Positions 22,852 to 29,975 of a stretch of DNA of 41,059 bases are shown in pieces. Within the stretch, counting starts at the first letter, position 1. Each line of letters starts with the position of its first letter. The translations under genes and the position numbers were made by a program. The stretch is from a virus. The notes under the pieces are model-generated. The model ran no database searches. It saw nothing but the letters and a program-made list of their open reading frames with translations, and was not told where the DNA came from. The stretch is from the IMG/VR virus record IMGVR_UViG_3300029247_000012, positions 1 through 41,059 of that record. One strand, given 5' to 3'.

Positions 22852-23393
22852 TCACCAAAGACGAAATCCTCGCCGAACTCGAAAACACCCCCGAGCCGGA
22901 AAAGAAGCTCCACGAAATCGCTGCCCGGACGAAGCTTCCGGTCATGGTCATCCGGAAAATCCTGAAAGGTCTCGTCACCGTCGTTCCGCCGGAGCGCGGA
23001 CACGACAACACCGACCGCGTCGCGGAAAGCCACATCGAAAAAGGCGTCAACCGCGGCAGATGGTCGGACGAGGACATTCAGTACATGGCAGAATGCTGGA
23101 ACCGGGGCGCGGACATCTGCGAAATCGCCGAAGCCGTCTGCCGGTCGGAGAAAGCCGTTCGCGGCGTCATGCAGCGGAACCGCGAACTCTTCCCCCGCCG
23201 CCACGAGCGCGGGAGAATCTGGTCGCCGGAGGAAATCGCCCGCGCCGCCGACATGTGGTCGGACCGCGATATCACCGAATCAGAAATTTGCAACGCCCTG
23301 CACAGGTCGCGGAGCGACTTCTATCAGCTCCGCGCCGAAAACCGCAAGCTCTTCCCGCCGAGGCGGAACAACTACAGGAGGGTTGAACCATGA
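22848..23393 (+). CDS. DNA-binding protein with an N-terminal wHTH-like segment and two Myb/SANT-like repeats (181 aa)
   Basis: ATG 22848 overlaps the upstream stop. The repeats are RWSDEDIQYMAECW...ELFPRR and IWSPEEIARAADMW...KLFPPRR. Confidence 0.6.
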   Translation: MITKDEILAELENTPEPEKKLHEIAARTKLPVMVIRKILKGLVTVVPPERGHDNTDRVAESHIEKGVNRGRWSDEDIQYMAECWNRGADICEIAEAVCRSEKAVRGVMQRNRELFPRRHERGRIWSPEEIARAADMWSDRDITESEICNALHRSRSDFYQLRAENRKLFPPRRNNYRRVEP

Positions 23394-23731
23394 AAGCACG
23401 AATGTCCCCCGCCACAGCGCGGCAGAACCTCCCGCCGTGGGCAAACGAAGCCGTTCACACGATGGTCAATGCCGAGTTCGCGGAGCGGCAGAAAATCTAC
23501 GCGAACCGGATTTTACTCGCCACCTGCCTCGCGCTCAACGACATCGCGGGGTTCGGCGACAAAAGACTGCTGTATATCCTGAAAGGGATCGAGGACATCA
23601 CCACCGACTACGCCGAAAGAGCCGGGAAAGACTACTACCCCCGATCCGCGGAGGAAGATCAGGTGTCGCGGATGATGCAGGAAGAGCTCCTCAGCCGGAG
23701 AAACCTGCATGTGGTTATCAAATCAAAATAA
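23390..23731 (+). CDS. Hypothetical protein (113 aa)
   Basis: The ATGA start overlaps the upstream stop. Confidence 0.6.
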   Translation: MKARMSPATARQNLPPWANEAVHTMVNAEFAERQKIYANRILLATCLALNDIAGFGDKRLLYILKGIEDITTDYAERAGKDYYPRSAEEDQVSRMMQEELLSRRNLHVVIKSK

Positions 23732-23742
23732 GGAGAACGATT

Positions 23743-24198
23743 ATGAAAAAAGAAGACGAGAAGCTGCGGGAAGCCGCAAGGATGCTGAGCGTGAACTGTG
23801 AGGGATACCGCGACGGGTGCGAAGGTTGCCTGTTCTGCCGCGACAACCTGAGCTGCAAGATCGACGGAATCCCGATGTGGTGGGACAGCGATTTCGGACT
23901 TGACAAGCATATTGTTGACGCCAACAAAAAGGTCAGTACACCAACCGATACACCAATTGAGACTGATGCACCAACTGATACACCAACTGATACGGTTGCA
24001 CCAACTGATGCACCAACCGCGAGCAAAACCCGGCAGGAAAGGTTCCTTGAGATGTTCCCGCGCGCCGATGCGCATACGGGTGTACTGGAAGTTTGCCCGG
24101 GCGATATAGATGTGCGCTACACGTGCCACGGGCCGAAAGATTGCGCCGATTGCAAGAAAGAATACTGGCTCGCCGCTGAGAAGGAGGAGAAATCATGA
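23743..24198 (+). CDS. Cys-rich two-domain protein with (PTD)n linker (151 aa)
   Basis: AAGGAGAA lies 6 nt before ATG 23743. The 271-aa ORF-track extension overlaps the previous gene and is rejected. The C-terminal module is shared with 26071..26454. Confidence 0.65.
   Translation: MKKEDEKLREAARMLSVNCEGYRDGCEGCLFCRDNLSCKIDGIPMWWDSDFGLDKHIVDANKKVSTPTDTPIETDAPTDTPTDTVAPTDAPTASKTRQERFLEMFPRADAHTGVLEVCPGDIDVRYTCHGPKDCADCKKEYWLAAEKEEKS
23938..24021 (+). repeat. Imperfect 12-nt tandem repeats (RCACCAACTGAT) encoding a TPTDTP...APTD linker
   Basis: Read directly. About six to seven units. Confidence 0.8.
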
Positions 24199-24515
24199 TT
24201 GACGAAAAGACACGGAAGCAGATCGAAGCCTATATCCCCTCGCCGCGGGACAAGTCGCTGGGTTTCAACGAATATTACGTAAACCAGAACGGCCGCGTGA
24301 AGCGCGGCTACGTGCGGGAGCTGTTCGAGACAGACGACGGCGATGACCTGCTCGGTCTGGTCGACGACCGCGGACGGCAGATTCACGGTCTGTGGGAGTT
24401 CGACAGCTTCAGACGCTGCGAGCTTTACGACAACGAGACTGACTGCCGGAATCAGACGCACGGCGCGTATGATGGCTGGGAGCGGCTCAGGAGGATGCAG
24501 GAGGACGATAAATGA
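24195..24515 (+). CDS. Hypothetical protein (106 aa)
   Basis: The ATGA start overlaps the upstream stop. Confidence 0.6.
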   Translation: MIDEKTRKQIEAYIPSPRDKSLGFNEYYVNQNGRVKRGYVRELFETDDGDDLLGLVDDRGRQIHGLWEFDSFRRCELYDNETDCRNQTHGAYDGWERLRRMQEDDK

Positions 24516-24826
24516 AAATCTTAGTTGATAAAATGCCGAAAACGCCAGAGGACTGCCTGTGGGCACATCGAAGCGAATGCGGGTATGTCTGCTATGCCAG
24601 CGGCAATGGCGAGTGGAGTTCGCAAGGATGCGCGATTTATTATGGCGGCGAGTGTCCGCATCTGAAAGAGCTACCGGAGGAAAAGAAAGCGGAAGAGGCG
24701 AAGCGTGTCACAGTGTGGCAAGCCGCTGCCGAATTTGGTCGCTCCGCAAGTGAGACATGGGAAAATGCGAATAGTGCGACCAAGGCCTTGGCTGACGCAC
24801 TGTACAAACCGGAGGAGGAAGAATGA
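24512..24826 (+). CDS. Cys-rich hypothetical protein (104 aa)
   Basis: The ATGA start overlaps the upstream stop. There are five Cys in the first 50 aa. Confidence 0.6.
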   Translation: MKILVDKMPKTPEDCLWAHRSECGYVCYASGNGEWSSQGCAIYYGGECPHLKELPEEKKAEEAKRVTVWQAAAEFGRSASETWENANSATKALADALYKPEEEE

Positions 24827-25002
24827 AAACGTTCGAAAAACGCTCAATGGCGTTTATGAACTGCCCGTGGAAATCCACTGCCGGATGCAATTATATCTGC
24901 GCAGAGTGCTTCCGCAGTGATCCAGATGAGTTTAGGACATTGCTTGATGATTTCAACAGACTGGGGAGACGGATAGAAACAAAGGAGGACGAAAATGGCT
25001 GA
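24823..25002 (+). CDS. Cys-rich small protein (59 aa)
   Basis: The ATGA start overlaps the upstream stop. Translated by hand: MKTFEKRSMAFMNCPWKSTAGCNYICAECF... One residue below the ORF-track cut-off. Confidence 0.5.
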   Translation: MKTFEKRSMAFMNCPWKSTAGCNYICAECFRSDPDEFRTLLDDFNRLGRRIETKEDENG

Positions 25003-25327
25003 GTGGATAAGCGTTAAGGATAGGCTTCCAGAAGTCGAAACCGAGGTTTTGATACGCGCACAGTGGAGATGCGGTAATGATACGCACTCAACAACTGCCA
25101 CCGCGTTTTACGAAGACGGAACGGTGCTTGAAGATAACAGTCGCTGGAATTGGTCTGAAATCTGGGAATGGGGAATATACGATGAAGAAAAAGACGGGTA
25201 TAAAATCCCCCAAGGATGGTGGGAAAGCAGTCACTACATCCACGATGACCATTACAACAATGTTGATGACGAGGTGACACACTGGATGCCGTTGCCGAGA
25301 CTGCCGGAAGATGAGGACGAAATATGA
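24995..25327 (+). CDS. DUF551-like phage protein (110 aa)
   Basis: Start motif WISVKDRLPE and end motif THWMPLPRLP are characteristic of the DUF551 family. Confidence 0.7.
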   Translation: MAEWISVKDRLPEVETEVLIRAQWRCGNDTHSTTATAFYEDGTVLEDNSRWNWSEIWEWGIYDEEKDGYKIPQGWWESSHYIHDDHYNNVDDEVTHWMPLPRLPEDEDEI

Positions 25328-25506
25328 CACCTGAAGAAGAGAAAGCGCTCGAAATAAAGCGGGACGTTTGCAGCAAATACAAAAACTGTGCAATATTTCC
25401 AAAGAGCAAAGAATACGAAGGCAAGTGCTATATACAAGTTCATGCACCGTGGATTTGGCTATGGAGTATAGACGAGTGGATTGGGGATGACGAAGATGAC
25501 ACCTGA
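25324..25506 (+). CDS. MTPE-family small Cys protein, paralog 1 (60 aa)
   Basis: Shares MTPE..KALE.(I)K..C...C...C...PW.W.IDEW with the two paralogs downstream. Confidence 0.6.
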   Translation: MTPEEEKALEIKRDVCSKYKNCAIFPKSKEYEGKCYIQVHAPWIWLWSIDEWIGDDEDDT

Positions 25507-25669
25507 ACTTAAACAAGCGCTTGAAACAATAAAAAACACGTGCAGAGGAAGAAACTGTGACGATTGCCCATTAGACGACCCACACGGAGATGCTTGCTAC
25601 ACATGGCACAAAGAGCCGTGGGAGTGGAAAATTGACGAATGGGCTAAGGAGAAGGAGGATAAACAATGA
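25496..25669 (+). CDS. MTPE-family small Cys protein, paralog 2 (57 aa)
   Basis: Start chosen by paralog alignment (MTPELKQALE). Alternative upstream starts at 25481 and 25487. Confidence 0.55.
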   Translation: MTPELKQALETIKNTCRGRNCDDCPLDDPHGDACYTWHKEPWEWKIDEWAKEKEDKQ

Positions 25670-25851
25670 ACGACAAACACGCATCATACGGAACCAGCTT
25701 CGCCAGTCTGCTGACGATAGTCTTTATCATCCTGAAGCTGTGCGGCATTATCGCATGGTCGTGGTGGTGGGTACTGTCTCCGCTGTGGATATCAGCGATA
25801 TTCTGGGTGATTTTAGTGATCATCGTGCTATTGATAGGAGGGAAAAAATGA
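25666..25851 (+). CDS. Small two-TM membrane protein (61 aa)
   Basis: Two hydrophobic, Trp-rich helices. The ATGA start overlaps the upstream stop. Confidence 0.6.
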   Translation: MNDKHASYGTSFASLLTIVFIILKLCGIIAWSWWWVLSPLWISAIFWVILVIIVLLIGGKK

Positions 25852-26084
25852 CGAGGGAAAGAATGACACCTGAACTGAAACACGCGCTCGAAGTGATAAA
25901 AAGCGAGTGCAAGAAAAACGTCCGTCTGTGTTCGAGATGTCCGCTCGCCGCATGGCGGCTTCGCGGGGAGAGACAGTGCCGGATTACAGGCGCAAACATC
26001 GAAAATGTTCGCCCGTGGCCTTATAGCCCTTGCGATTGGGACATTGACGCATGTGCACAGGAGGACGAAAATGGACGCAGTTGA
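25848..26084 (+). CDS. MTPE-family small Cys protein, paralog 3 (78 aa)
   Basis: AGGAGGG lies 6 nt before ATG 25848. The MTPELKHALE motif begins at the second Met (25863). The long ORF-track extension is rejected. Confidence 0.55.
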   Translation: MTRERMTPELKHALEVIKSECKKNVRLCSRCPLAAWRLRGERQCRITGANIENVRPWPYSPCDWDIDACAQEDENGRS

Positions 26085-26454
26085 ATTTCTCGAAAAGCGT
26101 AACAGGATGTGCGGCGCACTCAGTGATGAATGCACAGACAAGGATGGCACATTATGCCCGTTGCTTGTCGCGGCGCGTAAGGTTGGCAAGGGATGCTATG
26201 GTTATACCAAGAGTCACCCCGCCGAAGCCGTCGAAATCGTCGAACGTTGGGCAAAGGAGCATCCGAAGAAGACAAGGCAGAGCAAACTTTTGAAGTTGTT
26301 TCCGAGGGCGGAGAAAGGCGCTGACGGCATAGTTCAATTTTGCCCACAAGAGTTGGACTCGAGCCTTCCGTGCCCTCAGTGTCAGCTCGGCAGGTCTAAT
26401 TGTGACGACTGCCGGAAGAAGTACTGGCTCGAGGAGGTGGACGACGATGACTGA
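26071..26454 (+). CDS. Cys-rich protein sharing a C-terminal module with 23743..24198 (127 aa)
   Basis: AGGAGG lies 6 nt before ATG 26071. The C-terminus KTRQSKLLKLFPRAE...CP...C.DCRKKYWLEE aligns with KTRQERFLEMFPRAD...CP...CADCKKEYWLAAE. Confidence 0.65.
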   Translation: MDAVEFLEKRNRMCGALSDECTDKDGTLCPLLVAARKVGKGCYGYTKSHPAEAVEIVERWAKEHPKKTRQSKLLKLFPRAEKGADGIVQFCPQELDSSLPCPQCQLGRSNCDDCRKKYWLEEVDDDD

Positions 26455-26812
26455 ATTCAGACGATCCGGCTGGCATCGCGCCAGGAAGTCGCACAAGTGC
26501 AGCTTATGTGGCGAGACCATTCAGAGTGGCGAGTTTTATCTGCACTGCGCCGCCAAAACAGACGGCGAATTCTATGACGACTGCTACCATGAGGGCTGCG
26601 CCGATATCCTCAAGGCGTTCTGCGATTGGCATGACCACGACAGCGAATATTCCTTCGACAACGTCGAGGACTGGCTGCGAGACCAGTGCCAGGACGTGTG
26701 CAAAAAATGGCAGGATTGCCATTGCAATGTGTTCCGGTGCGACGCTATCCGGTCGATTCCGGCGATTATGGAGGTTAAGAGAAGGGCGCGAGAAATGGAG
26801 GAGTACGAGTGA
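26447..26812 (+). CDS. Cys/His-rich hypothetical protein (121 aa)
   Basis: ATG 26447 overlaps the upstream stop. CSLCG...H..C motifs are present. Confidence 0.6.
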   Translation: MTEFRRSGWHRARKSHKCSLCGETIQSGEFYLHCAAKTDGEFYDDCYHEGCADILKAFCDWHDHDSEYSFDNVEDWLRDQCQDVCKKWQDCHCNVFRCDAIRSIPAIMEVKRRAREMEEYE

Positions 26813-27045
26813 TGAAAATTCTTAGATCAACTCCCTTCGTCCTGCTGTACATCTCCGTCGCGATTCTTGTGGTGGGGTGCGTGCTTCTGGGTTCGCGCGC
26901 GATGCTCAACCCGTTCAACGCTATTCCGCTCGCGGTGACGCTGATGGCGGTCGGCGGAGCCCTGACGGTGGCATATGGGTTTGCGGCGTGGATGTTTGTG
27001 ATGGAAAAAATTGATAAAGGAGAGGTGGACGACAATGGCGATTAA
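26812..27045 (+). CDS. Small two-TM membrane protein (77 aa)
   Basis: GGAGGAG lies 8 nt before ATG 26812. Two hydrophobic helices. Confidence 0.6.
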   Translation: MKILRSTPFVLLYISVAILVVGCVLLGSRAMLNPFNAIPLAVTLMAVGGALTVAYGFAAWMFVMEKIDKGEVDDNGD

Positions 27046-27229
27046 GGTTATCAAGCCGGGCAAAAAGCCCGAACCAATTCACTTCGAGTGCAAGCACTGT
27101 GGCTGTATTTTTGAGGTGGACGCGACAGACTACGGCGCCCATATGGGCGGACCGCTTTCGCCGGACTACGTCGCGATTTGCCCGACGTGTGACAAATGGT
27201 GTTTCTCCAAAGGAGCCAAGAAAGGATAA
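27035..27229 (+). CDS. Zinc-ribbon protein, MAIKxIKPGK family, paralog 1 (64 aa)
   Basis: AAAGGAGAGG RBS. Has C..CGC ... CPTC. Confidence 0.65.
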   Translation: MAIKVIKPGKKPEPIHFECKHCGCIFEVDATDYGAHMGGPLSPDYVAICPTCDKWCFSKGAKKG

Positions 27230-27234
27230 AGATA

Positions 27235-27435
27235 ATGGCAATTAAGATTATCAAGCCGGGGAAGAAGCCCGACACGACGAAACGGTTCGAGTGCACCAGT
27301 TGCGGGTGCACCTTCGAGGGCGAAAGGGAGGACTATCGAGTTATACACGACACTGCTACCGTCTTCGCTGTCGCAATGAGATGCCCGACGTGCGGCGCGA
27401 GGTGCTACCGCTACGAAACGAAAATAAGGAGGTAA
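27235..27435 (+). CDS. Zinc-ribbon protein, MAIKxIKPGK family, paralog 2 (66 aa)
   Basis: Same N-terminal decapeptide and the same C..CGC ... CPTC spacing. Confidence 0.65.
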   Translation: MAIKIIKPGKKPDTTKRFECTSCGCTFEGEREDYRVIHDTATVFAVAMRCPTCGARCYRYETKIRR

Positions 27436-27438
27436 GCA

Positions 27439-27639
27439 ATGGCAATTAAAATCATTAAGCCGGGCAAGATCAAGAACCCGAGAGACACACGGCGGTTCAC
27501 CTGTCTCCTCTGCGGGTGCGTCTTCGACGCCGATCGCGGAGATTATGAGACATTCGATCAGTATCAAACCACCGAGTACGCGGCGATCTGCCCGACCTGC
27601 CATCATACGACGTACCGCTCCGAGCCGCTCGATGAGTAA
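27439..27639 (+). CDS. Zinc-ribbon protein, MAIKxIKPGK family, paralog 3 (66 aa)
   Basis: Same family. AAGGAGG RBS. Confidence 0.65.
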   Translation: MAIKIIKPGKIKNPRDTRRFTCLLCGCVFDADRGDYETFDQYQTTEYAAICPTCHHTTYRSEPLDE

Positions 27640-27943
27640 ACCCCGCTACATCTGGTGGGGCTATGTCAAAGCCCTCATCCGCGCCTGCGGAAACCCCCGC
27701 TCCCCGAAACGGCGATACCTCAACGACGACGAGATAAACGCCTTTCAGGTCGCCTGGAACGCCGCGGACGCCGAGCGGCGGCGGCTCGTCTCGATGGTGC
27801 TCATCCACCAAAGCCACACGATCCCCGGCGCGGCAATGAAGCTCCATGTCTCCGAAAGGACAGCGCAAAGGTGGCACGCAGAATTCATCTGCGCCGTCGC
27901 CGCGGGGCTCGGTATGAAAATTGGCATTAAAAAGCCATCATAG
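27632..27943 (+). CDS. Late-gene transcriptional regulator candidate (RinA/ArpU-like, sigma region-4-type HTH), 103 aa
   Basis: ATG 27632 overlaps the upstream stop. HTH IPGAAMKLHVSERTAQRWHAEFI. The gene sits immediately upstream of the packaging module. Confidence 0.55.
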   Translation: MSKPRYIWWGYVKALIRACGNPRSPKRRYLNDDEINAFQVAWNAADAERRRLVSMVLIHQSHTIPGAAMKLHVSERTAQRWHAEFICAVAAGLGMKIGIKKPS

Positions 27944-27945
27944 TG

Positions 27946-27988
27946 TGTTACAATAACAGCATCTTAAGGAAAGGTGCTGTTATTTTTT
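27946..27988 (+). promoter_or_regulatory. Terminator-like hairpin overlapping an extended -10 element, directly before the late operon
   Basis: TGtTACAAT at 27946..27954. Perfect 10-bp stem AATAACAGCA (27952..27961) / TGCTGTTATT (27975..27984). The loop contains the AAGGAAAGG RBS, then TTTT and ATG 27989. Confidence 0.5.
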
Positions 27989-29197
27989 ATGCGTGTTGTC
28001 GAAAAGAAACTCGATGATTTAATCCCCTATGCCAAAAACGCGAAGCGGCACGACGAAACGCAGATTGCCAATGTCGCCGAGTCAATCCGGCAATTCGGCT
28101 TCGTTCAGCCGATCGTCGTCGACAAGAACGGCGTCATCGTCATCGGTCACTGCCGCGCTCTCGCGGCAAAGCGACTCGGGATGGAGAAAGTTCCCTGCGT
28201 CGCGGTCGACGAGCTGACCGACGAGCAAGTCAGGGCTCTGAGAATCATCGATAACAAAACCAATGAATCGCCGTGGGACATGGAAATGCTCGCTGAGGAG
28301 CTGCCGGAGCTGAATCTCGACGGCTTTACCTTTGACTGGGGTCTCGAGGACAAGGTCGACGACAGCGCGAAAGAAGACGACTATGACGTCGAACTGCCAG
28401 AAAATCCGAAGGCACAGCTCGGCGACATTTATCAGCTCGGACGACACCGGCTGATGTGCGGCGATAGTACGTCCTCCGACGACTGCCAAAAACTGGCGGG
28501 GGGGGATAAAATGGAAATGTTGCTCACCGATCCGCCGTATAACGTCGACTACGAGGGGACCGCCGGAAAAATCAAAAACGACCACATGGAAGATTCGAAA
28601 TTCCGCGAATTTCTCACGACGGCGTTCCGGAACGCTGCTGCGGTTATGACCCCCGGTGCCGCTTTTTATATCTGGCACGCCGATTCCGAGGGGTATAATT
28701 TCCGCGGCGCGGCAAGGGACGCAGGGCTGCTGACAAGGCAGTGCCTGATATGGGTCAAAAGCTCGCTCGTTCTCGGACGGCAGGATTTCCAATGGAAGCA
28801 TGAACCCTGTCTCTACGGCGAACTTCCGGGAGACATTCTCGAAGAGCCCCCCTCCGGGGATCCGGAGGAATGCCAGCCTTGCCTTTATGGGTGGGTGAAC
28901 GGGAAGCACTATTTCTTCCACAATCGCAAGCAGACGACGGTGATGTATTTCGACAAGCCGATAAAGTCTGCTGAGCATCCGACGATGAAGCCGGTGAAGC
29001 TCTTCGACTATCTGATGCAGTGCTCCAGTAAGCCTGGTGAACGCGTCCTTGATCTCTTCGGCGGCTCCGGTACTACCATCATCGCGGCAGAGCAGAACGA
29101 GAGGTGCGGGTATGTGATGGAGTACGATCCGAAGTTTGTCGACGTGATCATTGATCGCTGGCAAGCGCTGACGGGAGAGAAGGCTGTGAAGCTGTGA
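27989..29197 (+). CDS. ParB-like nuclease domain fused to a DNA methyltransferase (N6-adenine/N4-cytosine type)
   Basis: The N-terminus PYAKNAKRHDE...GFVQPIVVD...IGHCR is ParB/Srx-like. The motif TDPPYN and the C-terminal SAM motif LDLFGGSGTT are present. No cognate restriction gene is found. Confidence 0.88.
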   Translation: MRVVEKKLDDLIPYAKNAKRHDETQIANVAESIRQFGFVQPIVVDKNGVIVIGHCRALAAKRLGMEKVPCVAVDELTDEQVRALRIIDNKTNESPWDMEMLAEELPELNLDGFTFDWGLEDKVDDSAKEDDYDVELPENPKAQLGDIYQLGRHRLMCGDSTSSDDCQKLAGGDKMEMLLTDPPYNVDYEGTAGKIKNDHMEDSKFREFLTTAFRNAAAVMTPGAAFYIWHADSEGYNFRGAARDAGLLTRQCLIWVKSSLVLGRQDFQWKHEPCLYGELPGDILEEPPSGDPEECQPCLYGWVNGKHYFFHNRKQTTVMYFDKPIKSAEHPTMKPVKLFDYLMQCSSKPGERVLDLFGGSGTTIIAAEQNERCGYVMEYDPKFVDVIIDRWQALTGEKAVKL

Positions 29198-29511
29198 ACT
29201 ACAATCCAGCCGATGAGCCGATAAGATTCTACAGCTCCAAAGCATGGGAAATGCTGTCGGCTGCTGTTCGCAAGTCGGACCATTATCAGTGTGTGCTGTG
29301 CGGTTCGGCGAGACGGCCGCTCATCGTCCATCATGTCAAGCATCTTAAGGACAGACCAGACTTAGCGCTGAGTCTACGTGATCCGGACACCGGGGAGCGG
29401 CAGCTGATCACGGTCTGCAAGCGATGTCACGAGAAGCTGCACCCGGAAGCATTACAGGAGACGCGAGGACGAAGCAGGAAGGACGAAGTTTCGGTGGAAA
29501 GATGGGATTAG
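29194..29511 (+). CDS. HNH endonuclease (packaging-associated)
   Basis: C..CG...HH.KH...CKRCHEKLH motif. Adjacent to terS and terL. Confidence 0.85.
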   Translation: MNYNPADEPIRFYSSKAWEMLSAAVRKSDHYQCVLCGSARRPLIVHHVKHLKDRPDLALSLRDPDTGERQLITVCKRCHEKLHPEALQETRGRSRKDEVSVERWD

Positions 29512-29615
29512 ACCCCCCGTCAGAAAAAGCCCAGAGGGGCTAAAATCGCTAATCGTGTGGGTCCTAGACAAAACAGGGATTCCCACGCGATGAGTTTTGG
29601 ATTCCGCGGCGAAAG

Positions 29616-29975
29616 GTGGTGAATGATGCCGTGGCTAAGAAAAAGATTGACTTTAATCAGAAAATTGATGATATTCTCGCCGCCGCCTCCAGAACCGGCG
29701 CCGAGACGAGCCTCTACTATGTGACAACGCTCGAGCGGTATAACACGCAGCTCAAAATCATGGAAGAGTTGAAGAAGGCTATCGCCGAGGATGGAATGAC
29801 CGTGACCAAAGAGTACGTTAAAAATCGCAAAAACATCGTTATCAACCCTGCCGTTACCGAGTACAACAAAACCGCTTCGGCGGCTAACCAGACCGTCCAG
29901 ACGTTGCTCAAAATCGTGCAAGCTTATAACGACGGGAACGACATGGCAAGCGCCACTGAGGATGATGAAATGTGA
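29616..29975 (+). CDS. terS: Terminase small subunit (P27-like family)
   Basis: The size, the position directly before terL and the motif NPAVTEYNK...QTLLKIV are typical of P27-family small subunits. The GTG start is uncertain. Confidence 0.7.
   Translation: MVNDAVAKKKIDFNQKIDDILAAASRTGAETSLYYVTTLERYNTQLKIMEELKKAIAEDGMTVTKEYVKNRKNIVINPAVTEYNKTASAANQTVQTLLKIVQAYNDGNDMASATEDDEM

Noticed and set aside
23383-24198. 271-aa ORF and the parallel 22763..23386 and 22734..23393 long forms
   Set aside because: The N-terminal extensions overlap better-supported genes in other frames and are Arg/Pro-rich. Internal ATGs with AGGAG sites (23743 and 22848) give compact, non-overlapping genes.
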